From positions 52,604 through 116,603 of the forward strand of contig CALXVQ010000004.1 in the NCBI GenBank assembly GCA_944392135.1: a DNA stretch of 64,000 nucleotides, in the 5' to 3' direction. This stretch comes from an uncultured Rickettsiales bacterium. Its GTDB lineage: Bacteria; Pseudomonadota; Alphaproteobacteria; Rickettsiales; UBA1997. Below the pieces are notes generated by a model. That model had not been told where the DNA came from. It ran no database searches and saw only the letters and a list, made by a program, of their open reading frames with translations. This document shows, one piece after another, positions 32,902 through 42,554 of this stretch (position 1 is its first letter; every line of letters begins with the position of its first letter). Position numbers and translations under genes: made by a program.

Positions 32902-33390
32902 GTGTATATGAATATTTTTTATTTTACTAGAAATGTAGACTTAAATAGTAAAATTCTTGATGATAAAAGAGTTGTAAAAATGATATTAGAGACTACACAA
33001 CTTTTATCTAATTCTTTATACTTAAATAATAAAAAAAATCCATATAAACCAACACATTTAAAACATCCTTGTACTATATGGACTAATGAATCAAGGGCTA
33101 ATTGGTTGTGGCTAAAAAAATATGGTTTGAGTTTATGTAAAGAATACACTAGAAGATTCCACAAGAAGCATAAATGTGAAAAAATTATAAGAAAAATGAA
33201 ATGCCCTCCAATTAAAAATAAAGGCTTTATTCAACCATATCAATGCATGCCAGAAAAATATAAGTGTAAAAAATCAAGCAAAGCATATATATGTTATTAT
33301 GTAGGTGAAAAATTAAATCCTAATTATTTTAAAAGATGTGATAAAAAAATATATGAATTTTGGAAAAAACTAAAAAATAAAATGAATTAA
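32902..33390 (+). CDS. basic Cys-rich hypothetical protein. It recalls a family common in phage and giant-virus genomes, but that assignment is unverified.
   Basis: Blocks LDDKRVVKMILETTQLLSN and HPCTIWTNESRANWLWLKKYGLSLCKEYTRRFHKKHKCE match a pattern I recall from phage-encoded proteins. An alternative ATG is at 32908. Confidence 0.4.
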   Translation: MYMNIFYFTRNVDLNSKILDDKRVVKMILETTQLLSNSLYLNNKKNPYKPTHLKHPCTIWTNESRANWLWLKKYGLSLCKEYTRRFHKKHKCEKIIRKMKCPPIKNKGFIQPYQCMPEKYKCKKSSKAYICYYVGEKLNPNYFKRCDKKIYEFWKKLKNKMN

Positions 33391-33956
33391 TTTTTACATA
33401 ATTCTTTCATTCTTCTATATGCTCTTGTAAGACCTTTTAAAGAATATTCATCTACAATATATTCTGATTTTGATGATTCGGCTCTAACTTTTAATAAATA
33501 ACCATTTAATAAATTTGTAATAAGTTCTTTATCTTGGTTTTTATTTTTAGCCCAAGCTATATCATCCTTTGTAAACATTGTATATTGTTTGCCATCTATT
33601 GATAAATAAATATCGCTACCTAGTTTATATTCAAAACCAGAATATAAACTAACTTCTTCAATTCCTTTATCTTTAAATCTCGTGATTAAAATATATGGTT
33701 CTCTTGTTTTTTTGTAATTTCCAATACTTTTTTTGGGGAAGGAAACAACATAACATTTTTGTTCCTCCCCTAAATCTGTTAAAGTAAATACATACCAATC
33801 ATAATATATTCCATCTAGTGTTTGTTCTGCATATAAATTTTTACTTAAAAATAAAAATAAAATAAGAAATAACACTAGTACATTTTTAAACAAAATAGAA
33901 AATATATTATTTTTGTTTGTCATTTTTCTTAAACTTGATAGGCATTTGTTCAACAA
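33387..33956 (-). CDS. exported hypothetical protein, possibly IalB-like
   Basis: Signal anchor, W/C-containing beta-rich domain, C-terminal YSLKGLTRAYRRMKELC resembling the IalB family tail. Weak assignment. Confidence 0.35.
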   Translation of the reverse strand: MLNKCLSSLRKMTNKNNIFSILFKNVLVLFLILFLFLSKNLYAEQTLDGIYYDWYVFTLTDLGEEQKCYVVSFPKKSIGNYKKTREPYILITRFKDKGIEEVSLYSGFEYKLGSDIYLSIDGKQYTMFTKDDIAWAKNKNQDKELITNLLNGYLLKVRAESSKSEYIVDEYSLKGLTRAYRRMKELCKN

Positions 33957-34144
33957 CTTTATTTAATACTTTTTCATTCTTTAAAACTGCAACTGAAACC
34001 AGTAAAACCAATGTTAATATAAAAAATGCAACCATGTATATTAATGAAATTATTCCCATATCATTTTATATTTTATTAAATACATTTATTATATTAAAAC
34101 TTTATTATATATTTGCAAGATTTTTTTATAAATAAGTATAAATA

Positions 34145-35026
34145 TTATTTTATAGCTGGTGTGCAAAATCTTCTATCTGTATCTGTATTCAAAAAGGCAA
34201 TAATATCTTTTACAATTTTATTATTTGAATATTTTTCACCTTCTTTGTTTGCTCTGTCTATAACAGAACCTGCTTCTTTTGATTCAAATACATCTTTATA
34301 AAAATGCATTGCTTCTTGTATATCCTTTTTGTCATAGTTAGCTCTTTTTAAACCAACTAAATTAAGTCCTTGAAGATCACTTTTTCTACCATTGTCAGCA
34401 TAAGCCATACCATGTGGAATTAAATCTTCCCCGAGACCAGATAAACCACCCAACATTGCTCCATCACCAATTTTTACAAATTGATGTATTGCACTTAAAC
34501 CACCAATGATAACATGATTACCAATATGGACATGTCCTGCTAATGTAGCATTATTAGCAAATACACAATTATCACCAACTTGACAATCATGAGCAATATG
34601 AGTATTTACCATTAATAAATTATTACTACCAATTTTTGTGATTAAGTGATCAAATTCTGTTCCTGGGTGAATGGTGCAATGTTCTCTAATACTATTGTTA
34701 TCACCAATGATAATTTCTGATTTTTCACCATGATATTTAAGATCTTGTGGAATTTGTCCAATCGCAACAAATGGGTAAATTGTATTGCCTTTTCCTATTG
34801 TTGTAAAACCATCAATAACAACATGTGGTTTAATAACACAATTATCACCAATTTTTACATTAGGGCCAATAATAGAATATGCACCAATTTTAACATTATT
34901 TCCTATAATAGCACCATCCTCAATTATAGCAGTAGGATGAATTTCGCAGTCTTTACCTATATTATCATTATTAATAATATCATTTATTATAATAGTCTTG
35001 TTATTTTTTGTTGCATAATTTAACAT
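34145..35026 (-). CDS. lpxA: acyl-ACP:UDP-GlcNAc O-acyltransferase
   Basis: Left-handed beta-helix hexapeptide repeats (IHPTAIIEDGAIIGNNVKIGAYSIIG...) plus an LpxA-type C-terminal helical domain. Confidence 0.85.
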   Translation of the reverse strand: MLNYATKNNKTIIINDIINNDNIGKDCEIHPTAIIEDGAIIGNNVKIGAYSIIGPNVKIGDNCVIKPHVVIDGFTTIGKGNTIYPFVAIGQIPQDLKYHGEKSEIIIGDNNSIREHCTIHPGTEFDHLITKIGSNNLLMVNTHIAHDCQVGDNCVFANNATLAGHVHIGNHVIIGGLSAIHQFVKIGDGAMLGGLSGLGEDLIPHGMAYADNGRKSDLQGLNLVGLKRANYDKKDIQEAMHFYKDVFESKEAGSVIDRANKEGEKYSNNKIVKDIIAFLNTDTDRRFCTPAIK

Positions 35027-35215
35027 ATTTATTTTTACCCAATTTTTTTATTGACTAAATTATATACATTATTTTTTTTATACTCAATAATATTTTTATT
35101 ACAAAATATTACAAAATATTAATAAGCTATTAAAAATAAAAAAGTTGCATTTTAAAAAAAACTTTTTATTATATATGTTAGTATTAATTAACTTGAACCC
35201 TTTTATTTAAAATAA

Positions 35216-36631
35216 ATGGGTTTTTTTATTGATAAAAAAATGGTAAATAAAATGGCAAAAGGGCAAGAAAATAATGCAAATAAAGAAATAATATATGTTA
35301 TTGAGACAATAGCACAAGAAAAAGATATTCCTGTTGATAGTGTTGTAGAAGCTATGCAAGAAGGTTTAAAATTAGCTGCTAGAAGAAAATATGGACATGA
35401 TTTATTAGTTGAATGCAAATTAGATAAAAAAACTGGTAAATTAGGACTTTATAACAAATTGGAAATAGTTAGCGATTCTAGTGAAAATGATGCTGATTTT
35501 AATCCTAAAAAACAAATATCTTTATCAAAAGCAAAAAGTGATGTAAAAAAAGGAAAAGTAGAAGTTGAAGGCGATGTTAAAATTGGAAATTTTGTTAGAT
35601 TAGAACTTCCTAATATTGATTTAAATAGAGTTGCTGTACAAATTGCAAGAAATGAAATTATTAAAAAAATTAAAGAAGCTGAAAGAGATAAAGAATACAA
35701 CGAATTTATTGATAGAGTTGGTACTATTGTTAATGGCTCAATTAAAAAAATTGGTATTAAAAATATAGTTGTTGAAATTGATGGCTATGAAGCTTTATTA
35801 ACCAATGATGGTATGATTCCAGGTGAAAGATTTAGAGTTGGTGATAGAGTTAGAGCTTATATTAAAGAAGTTGTTAAAGAACAAAAAGGAGCACAAATCT
35901 TCTTATCTAGAACTGATAATATGTTCTTGGCTGAATTATTTAGACAAGAAGTTCCTGAAATATATGATGGCATTATTGAAATTAGAGGTATTGCTAGGGA
36001 TCCAGGTTCAAAAGCAAAAGTTGCTGTTTATTCTAGAAATGAAACTTCTGATATTATAGGTGCCACTGTTGGTATCAGAGGTGTTAGAGTTCAAGCTGTT
36101 ACAAATGAATTAAGGGGTGAAAAAATTGATGTTATTAGATGGGCTGAAAATCCTGTTGAATATATTGTTAATGCTATTGCACCTGCAAAACCAATTAAGG
36201 TTATATATAATGAAGAAAAAAATACAGCTGATGTTGTTTTAGCACAAGATCAATTAAGTTTAGCTATTGGAAGAGGCGGACAAAATGTAAAATTAGCTTC
36301 TAAAATTACAGGTATTAAAATTGATGTTATGACAGAAGAAGAAGAAAAAGAAAGAAGATTAGCAGAATTCCAAGAATCTACAAAAGAATTAATGGATATA
36401 TTAAATGTTGAAGAAGTTATAGCACAATTATTGGTAGTTGAAGGCTTTGATAATATTAAAACAATAGCTGAAAGTTCTATTGAATCATTAAAAAATATTG
36501 AAGGTTTTGATGAAGAAATAGCAAAAGAAATTCAAGATAGAGCTATTGAATATGTTGAAGAAAATTATGAAGATGAAGATGATGAAGAGGATGATGAAGA
36601 AGAAAATGATGATAATAATGGGGAAGAATAA
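35216..36631 (+). CDS. nusA: transcription termination/antitermination factor NusA (acidic tail)
   Basis: N-terminal domain, S1 (FRVGDRVRAYI), two KH domains (GIRGVRVQAV, GRGGQNVKLAS), C-terminal HhH region. The start could be ATG 35252. Confidence 0.92.
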   Translation: MGFFIDKKMVNKMAKGQENNANKEIIYVIETIAQEKDIPVDSVVEAMQEGLKLAARRKYGHDLLVECKLDKKTGKLGLYNKLEIVSDSSENDADFNPKKQISLSKAKSDVKKGKVEVEGDVKIGNFVRLELPNIDLNRVAVQIARNEIIKKIKEAERDKEYNEFIDRVGTIVNGSIKKIGIKNIVVEIDGYEALLTNDGMIPGERFRVGDRVRAYIKEVVKEQKGAQIFLSRTDNMFLAELFRQEVPEIYDGIIEIRGIARDPGSKAKVAVYSRNETSDIIGATVGIRGVRVQAVTNELRGEKIDVIRWAENPVEYIVNAIAPAKPIKVIYNEEKNTADVVLAQDQLSLAIGRGGQNVKLASKITGIKIDVMTEEEEKERRLAEFQESTKELMDILNVEEVIAQLLVVEGFDNIKTIAESSIESLKNIEGFDEEIAKEIQDRAIEYVEENYEDEDDEEDDEEENDDNNGEE

Positions 36632-36660
36632 TTTTATATAAATTTTTAAAGGAAATTAAA

Positions 36661-39285
36661 TTGAGTAACGATAACGAAAATAAAAGAAAGACTCTTAAAT
36701 TAGGAAAAATAAATAATGATATTCAAAAGAATATTGAGTCTTTTACTAAGGGTAATAAGGTTTTTGATAAAAAGGATAATTCAAAAAAAGAAATTTCCCT
36801 TGATAATAAGAATGCTACTGAATTTTTAAAAGCTGTTAAAGATAGAACTTCGTTTGGAAATATAGATTTAATTAGACAAAGACAAGATCATAAATCATTT
36901 AAAAATTTAGATTTAAAACATAATATAAATAAAAGTAATACAAATAACAGTGCTCCATCTCAAAATGAAGTAGAAAAGAATGTTGTTGCAAATAATGATA
37001 ATAAGGTACAAGAAAAGAATATTGACAATATTGATGCACATAAAATATTAAGTTCTTATGCACAAAAACAAAAAGAAGAAGAAAGAGCTAAAAGAGAAGC
37101 TGAAAGAGCTAAAAGGGAAGCTGAACAAAAAAAGAAACAAGAAGAAGAACTTAAAAAATTTAATGCAAAAGCTAATAAAAATAAGATTGATAATAATGAA
37201 GAAAAATCTTATGAAGATAAGAAGGTAGACAATAATAAATTTAGCAATGTAAATAATGAAAATTCTTCTAAAATTTCATTCAAAAAAGATAATCATAAAA
37301 AATATAATAAAAATTATGATGATGACGATGAAGAAGAAAACAATAATAGTAAGAGTAAGCAAAATAATAAAAAATCAATACAAGCAACACATTATTCAAA
37401 AAATAAAAATATACACACATACATTTTAAATGATGATGATGACGATGATAATGGTTTTGGTAGAAGAAGAAAGAGTAATAAAAGTTTCTTTAAGAATAAA
37501 GAAAAAACAGAAGAAGTAGTTCATCAAAAAATTATTCAAGATATTGAATTGCCAGAATTTATTACTGTTGCTGATTTAGCTGAAAAAATGAATGAAAAAA
37601 AAGCTGATGTTGTTAAAAAGTTGATTTCTATGGGTATGCCTTGTACTGTTAATCAAACAATAGATGCTGATACAGCTGAATTGGTTGTTGTTGAGTTCGG
37701 CCATAATGTTGTTAAAAGAACAACTGAACATGATATTGAAGATAAATTAGGCGAAGAACAAGGAAGTAAATTTGTTTCAAGAGCTCCTGTTGTTACAATT
37801 ATGGGGCATGTTGATCATGGTAAAACTTCTTTACTTGATGCTATTAGAACAACACATGTTGCCGAAGGTGAATCTGGTGGTATTACACAACATATTGGTG
37901 CTTCAAGAGTTGAGGTTGAAAATGGTAAATTTATTACTTTTATTGATACACCAGGACATGAAGCATTTACAGAAATGAGAATGAGGGGTGCTAGTATTAC
38001 TGATATAGTTGTATTAGTTGTTGCTGCTGATGATGGTGTTAAGGATCAAACAGTTGAAGCTATTAATCACTCAAAAGCTGCGGGTGTTCCTATAATTCTT
38101 GCTATAAATAAAATTGATAAGCCAGGTGCTGATCCTATGAGAGTTAAACAAGAATTATTACAATATGATATTGTTACAGAAGACTTTGGTGGTGAAGTAA
38201 TGGCTGTTGAAGTTTCTGCTAAACAAAAAATAGGTTTAGAAAAATTAAGAGAAGCTATTTTATTACAAGCTGAAATTATGGAATTAAAAGCTCCAATAGA
38301 TGTCAAACCTGCTGGTGCTATTATAGAAGCTAAGATGGATCAAAAAAGAGGTCCTATTGCTAGTTTATTAGTTCAAAAAGGTATTTTGAAAGTTGGTGAT
38401 TTAGTTTTGGCTGGTACATCATATGGTAAAATTAGAAAAATGATTGATGATAAACATAAACCACAAAAAGAAGCTTCGCCATCAATGGCTGTTGAAATTC
38501 TTGGTTTTGATTCTGTACCTACTGCTGGTGATCAATTTTATGTTCTTGAAGAAGAAAAAGAAATTAGAGATATTATAGCTTATAGGGAAAGAAAGGCATT
38601 AGAAAATAAAGTTGCTAAAAGAAGTGTTAAGAGCTTAGATTCTATGCTTAAAACTGTTGGTGGAAAATCTGCTAAACTTTTACCAGTTATTATTAAAGCT
38701 GATGTTAATGGTTCTATTGAAGCTATTATTGGTACTTTAACTAAATTAAATACCCCAGAAGTTGAAATTGATGTAGTACATTCAGCAACTGGTGCTATTA
38801 ATGAAACTGATGTAAATTTAGCCTCTGTGTCTAATGCTTTAATTCTAGGTTTTAATGTTAGAGCTAACTCTAATGCTGTTGATTTAGCAAAAGAAAAAGA
38901 TATAGATATTAGGTATTATTCAATTATTTATAATATAGTTGATGATATTAAAAATATTTTAAGTGGTATGCTTGAACCTGTAAAGAAAGAAGAAATTATG
39001 GGACATGCAGAAGTTAGACAAGTATTTAAAATTACAGGTGTCGGAAAGGTTGCAGGTTGCTTTGTTCTTGATGGTGAAATTTCCAGAAATGACAAAGTTA
39101 GATTAATTAGAGATGGTATTGTAATTTATAGTGGTGATTTAAAGGCTTTAAAAAGATTTAAAGATGATGTAAAAGAAGTAAAATCAGGTTATGAATGTGG
39201 TATTTCTATTGATAACTATGATGATATAAAGGAAAAAGATATAATAGAAGGCTTTAAAATCACAGAAGAAAAAAGGAGTTTGTAA
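36661..39285 (+). CDS. infB: translation initiation factor IF-2
   Basis: TTG start after AAGGAA, low-complexity K/E/N-rich N-terminus, G-domain [29 protein letters not shown]. Confidence 0.95.
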   Translation: MSNDNENKRKTLKLGKINNDIQKNIESFTKGNKVFDKKDNSKKEISLDNKNATEFLKAVKDRTSFGNIDLIRQRQDHKSFKNLDLKHNINKSNTNNSAPSQNEVEKNVVANNDNKVQEKNIDNIDAHKILSSYAQKQKEEERAKREAERAKREAEQKKKQEEELKKFNAKANKNKIDNNEEKSYEDKKVDNNKFSNVNNENSSKISFKKDNHKKYNKNYDDDDEEENNNSKSKQNNKKSIQATHYSKNKNIHTYILNDDDDDDNGFGRRRKSNKSFFKNKEKTEEVVHQKIIQDIELPEFITVADLAEKMNEKKADVVKKLISMGMPCTVNQTIDADTAELVVVEFGHNVVKRTTEHDIEDKLGEEQGSKFVSRAPVVTIMGHVDHGKTSLLDAIRTTHVAEGESGGITQHIGASRVEVENGKFITFIDTPGHEAFTEMRMRGASITDIVVLVVAADDGVKDQTVEAINHSKAAGVPIILAINKIDKPGADPMRVKQELLQYDIVTEDFGGEVMAVEVSAKQKIGLEKLREAILLQAEIMELKAPIDVKPAGAIIEAKMDQKRGPIASLLVQKGILKVGDLVLAGTSYGKIRKMIDDKHKPQKEASPSMAVEILGFDSVPTAGDQFYVLEEEKEIRDIIAYRERKALENKVAKRSVKSLDSMLKTVGGKSAKLLPVIIKADVNGSIEAIIGTLTKLNTPEVEIDVVHSATGAINETDVNLASVSNALILGFNVRANSNAVDLAKEKDIDIRYYSIIYNIVDDIKNILSGMLEPVKKEEIMGHAEVRQVFKITGVGKVAGCFVLDGEISRNDKVRLIRDGIVIYSGDLKALKRFKDDVKEVKSGYECGISIDNYDDIKEKDIIEGFKITEEKRSL

Positions 39286-39305
39286 ATAAATATTAAGGAA
39301 ATAAT

Positions 39306-39995
39306 ATGAAAAAATTTTTTAAAAAAATAGAAAAAATATTTAAACATCCTTGCTATAAGCTATATATGATTATTATAAATATAAAAAATAGAAAAGGTAA
39401 AAATAATAAAGTTTTTATTATTGATAAAAATAACAATAAAAAAAGAATTTATTTTTATCATTTTCTATTTATAGAGTTTAGTGGTAATAATAATGTAGTT
39501 GAAATACATGAAGATACTGCAAATATGTTTAAAAATATTACATTTTTTATTAATGGTGATAATAATTATGTATTTTTTGATTCTACACATAAAGGCATTC
39601 ACAATATTGAATTGAATATTAGAAATAACAATTCAAAACTTATTATTGGTAAAGACTTTTATTGTGGTAAATGTAATTTTTATTTGTATGGAGACACTGA
39701 AATCAAAATAGGTAATGATTGTTTGTTCTCTTTTGATTTATTTATATGGGCTACCGATGGACATCCTATATATAATAAAAATAAAGAAAGAATTAACCCT
39801 AATAAAAGTGTTTCAATTGGTAATCATGTATGGATGTGTAGGGGAAGCACTATATTAAAAGGTGGTGCTATTGGCGATGGTTGTATTTTAGGAAATTCAT
39901 CCATGCTAACAAAAGATTATTCTAATTATAAAAATTGTATATTAGCCGGCAATCCTGCTAAGATTGTTAAAGAAGATATTTATTGGCAAGATTAA
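39306..39995 (+). CDS. hexapeptide-repeat (LbH) acetyltransferase, polysaccharide/xenobiotic O-acetyltransferase-like
   Basis: IGNHVWMCRGSTILKGGAIGDGCILGNSSMLTKD...ILAGNPAKIV. Confidence 0.65.
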   Translation: MKKFFKKIEKIFKHPCYKLYMIIINIKNRKGKNNKVFIIDKNNNKKRIYFYHFLFIEFSGNNNVVEIHEDTANMFKNITFFINGDNNYVFFDSTHKGIHNIELNIRNNNSKLIIGKDFYCGKCNFYLYGDTEIKIGNDCLFSFDLFIWATDGHPIYNKNKERINPNKSVSIGNHVWMCRGSTILKGGAIGDGCILGNSSMLTKDYSNYKNCILAGNPAKIVKEDIYWQD

Positions 39996-40006
39996 ATATT
40001 ATATTT

Positions 40007-40040
40007 ATGGGTATTAAATTAAAATAAATTTAATACCCAT
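40007..40040. terminator. bidirectional terminator hairpin
   Basis: ATGGGTATTAAATT-AAAAT-AAATTTAATACCCAT between the convergent acetyltransferase gene and glmS. Confidence 0.6.
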
Positions 40041-40047
40041 TATTTTA

Positions 40048-41889
40048 TTATTCAACTGTTACAGATTTTGCTAAATTTCTAGGTTTATCTATATTATTTC
40101 CTTTTTCTAATGCTATATAGTATGCAATTAGTTGAATAGGAACAAGGCATTCTATAACAGACATTAATTTATTGTCATTATATTTTACTTCAATATTATA
40201 AGTGGTTTTATTTGATAATTCTTTAATACCTTTTTCATCGCTGATTAAAACAATTTTTCCTTCTCTTGCAACTATTTCTTCAATATTTGATGATGTTTTA
40301 TCAAATAAATCACTTGTAGGGTTGATTGCAAATACATATACATTTTTATCTATTAAAGCAATAGGGCCATGTTTTAATTCGCCTGCACCAATACCTTCAC
40401 AAGGAACATAATTAATTTCTTTTAATTTTAAAGCTCCTTCCAGTGCCAATGGATAGTAAATATTTCTTCCAATAAACATAAAGAAAGAATTATTTTTTAC
40501 ATTTTTTGCAATATTTTTTATATTATCAATATTATTTTTATTTGATAAAAATTCATCAATAATTTTTGGTAATTCTAATAAATTATCAATATATTTTTCA
40601 TATTCATCTTTTAAAATAGAATGACTTAAAAATGCTAATTCTACTGCAAAAATATATAATACAGCTAATTGTCCTACCAATGCTTTTGTACTTGCAACTC
40701 CAACTTCTGTTCCAGCGAGAGTTTTTAAAACTATGTCAGAATTGTAAGCAATATTACTTTGTAAAACATTTACAATAGAAATAATTTTCTGTCCTTTTTC
40801 TTTACATAATTTTAGTGCACCAATGGTGTCAGCTGTTTCACCAGATTGTGAAATAAACATAGAAAATTCATCTTTTTTAAGGTTTATATTTCTATATCTA
40901 AATTCTGATGCTATATCTATATTTACTTTAATTTTTGCAATATCTTCAATAAAATATTTTGCGATAAAACTTGCATAATAGGAAGTTCCACAAGATATAA
41001 TATTGATTTCTTTTACATCTTTTAAATTAAAATCAAAATGCGGAAATAAGATTTTTTTATTTTTTATATCTATATATTCACTAATCGTTTGTTTTAAAAC
41101 TTTTGGAGCTTCAAAAATTTCTTTTAGCATAAAATGATCAAAATTTCCTTTATCAACATTAATATTATCAATATTAATTGTTTCAACTTCCTTATTAATT
41201 TTTTTATCTTCTTTATTAAATATTTCATAAGTATCTTTTGAAACAACAGCATATTCACCATCTTCAAATGAAATAACTTTATTTGTTAAGCCACTGAAAG
41301 CTGATAAGCCGGAAGAAATATAATTTTCACTTTTGCCAATACCTAATAATAAAGGTGAAGACATTTTTGCGCAATAAATATGCTCGTTATCATTAGCAAA
41401 CAATACAGCGATACCAAAAGAACCCTTTAATCTTTTTAATGCTTTTCTAAAAGCTTCTAAATTATTTTTTTCTGTTTTTAAACAGTATGAAATTAAATTA
41501 GAAATAACTTCTGTATCTGTTTCACTTTTAAAATTATAGCCTAATTTATTTAATCCTTGTTTTAATTCTATATAGTTTTCAATAATACCATTATGAACTA
41601 CGGATACTAAATTATCACAACTATTATGAGGATGAGCATTAGCTTCTGTTGGTTTACCATGAGTAGCCCATCTTGAATGTGCTATACCTATGTTAGAATT
41701 AAAATTATCATTAAAAGATTTTTCTAATTCACTAACTTTGCCAACTTTTTTTATTAAGTCTATTCTATTATTTTTTATTATAGCTATACCGGCCGAATCA
41801 TAACCCCTGTATTCAAGGCATTTTAAGCCATTGATAAGTTTGTTTGTAGCATTATTATTGCTACTAACTATTCCAAAAATTCCACACAT
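40048..41889 (-). CDS. glmS: glutamine-fructose-6-phosphate aminotransferase
   Basis: MCGIFGIV Ntn start, two SIS domains, C-terminal LAKSVTVE. Confidence 0.95.
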   Translation of the reverse strand: MCGIFGIVSSNNNATNKLINGLKCLEYRGYDSAGIAIIKNNRIDLIKKVGKVSELEKSFNDNFNSNIGIAHSRWATHGKPTEANAHPHNSCDNLVSVVHNGIIENYIELKQGLNKLGYNFKSETDTEVISNLISYCLKTEKNNLEAFRKALKRLKGSFGIAVLFANDNEHIYCAKMSSPLLLGIGKSENYISSGLSAFSGLTNKVISFEDGEYAVVSKDTYEIFNKEDKKINKEVETINIDNINVDKGNFDHFMLKEIFEAPKVLKQTISEYIDIKNKKILFPHFDFNLKDVKEINIISCGTSYYASFIAKYFIEDIAKIKVNIDIASEFRYRNINLKKDEFSMFISQSGETADTIGALKLCKEKGQKIISIVNVLQSNIAYNSDIVLKTLAGTEVGVASTKALVGQLAVLYIFAVELAFLSHSILKDEYEKYIDNLLELPKIIDEFLSNKNNIDNIKNIAKNVKNNSFFMFIGRNIYYPLALEGALKLKEINYVPCEGIGAGELKHGPIALIDKNVYVFAINPTSDLFDKTSSNIEEIVAREGKIVLISDEKGIKELSNKTTYNIEVKYNDNKLMSVIECLVPIQLIAYYIALEKGNNIDKPRNLAKSVTVE

Positions 41890-42016
41890 AAAATTTATTT
41901 TTATTAAAACTGATGTATTTTTATAAAATAATGTAAAAAATATTCAAACAATTTTTTGTTTCAAAATATTACATTATTAGAAAATAGCTTGTATTTAAAA
42001 AAAGAAGTTTTAAAAT

Positions 42017-42520
42017 TTGTCTAGAATAACTTTTAGATGTACTATGAAAGATGGAATTTTAAATAAGATTGGTATATATATTAAGAATCAAGTTATTACT
42101 TTATCAAAAGGTGAATATAAAAGCTTTTATAGTATGCTTTATTTATGGGGTTTTTTACCTTGTGTACTTGTATCATATATAACAAAAGGTTCAACACCAA
42201 TTATAAATGTTGGTTTTATTTCAATTTTAATTTATTTGATGTTTGTTATATATTTTGTTTGGCATATATATGTAGTTAAAAAAACATTAAAAGTGCAACC
42301 ACAATATAAAGTTAAAAAGATATCAAAAAAAGAATTATATGCTAATAAAACAAAAGAAGAAATAAAAGAAATTAAAAGCGAAAAAAGAAAGGATGTATTA
42401 AAAAAATTATTATTGTTAAAATCTTGGGACTCTGTTCCTATGTATACTATTATTGAATTGGTAGATTTTATTGTAATATTAAATCAAATACAAAAGATTT
42501 TAAATATTATTGACAAGTAA
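42017..42520 (+). CDS. hypothetical membrane protein
   Basis: Two predicted TM helices (LWGFLPCVLVSYI, FISILIYLMFVIYFVWHIYVV) and a Lys-rich tail. No recognisable family. Confidence 0.4.
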   Translation: MSRITFRCTMKDGILNKIGIYIKNQVITLSKGEYKSFYSMLYLWGFLPCVLVSYITKGSTPIINVGFISILIYLMFVIYFVWHIYVVKKTLKVQPQYKVKKISKKELYANKTKEEIKEIKSEKRKDVLKKLLLLKSWDSVPMYTIIELVDFIVILNQIQKILNIIDK

Positions 42521-42554
42521 AAAAATACTTATATATTTTATAGATTAATTATTT

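Noticed and set aside
37081-37122. 21-nt tandem duplication GAAAGAGCTAAAAG(A/G)GAAGCT in the infB N-terminal region ([15 protein letters not shown])
   Set aside because: This is in-frame low-complexity expansion in the non-conserved IF-2 N-terminus, which is common and of no evident functional significance.
35823-39000. Same-strand alternative-frame ORFs inside nusA, infB and dnaJ (35823..36059, 37772..37978, 62997..63224, 63231..63545)
   Set aside because: These are out-of-frame overlaps with well-supported genes, giving Leu/Val/Lys-rich nonsense translations.
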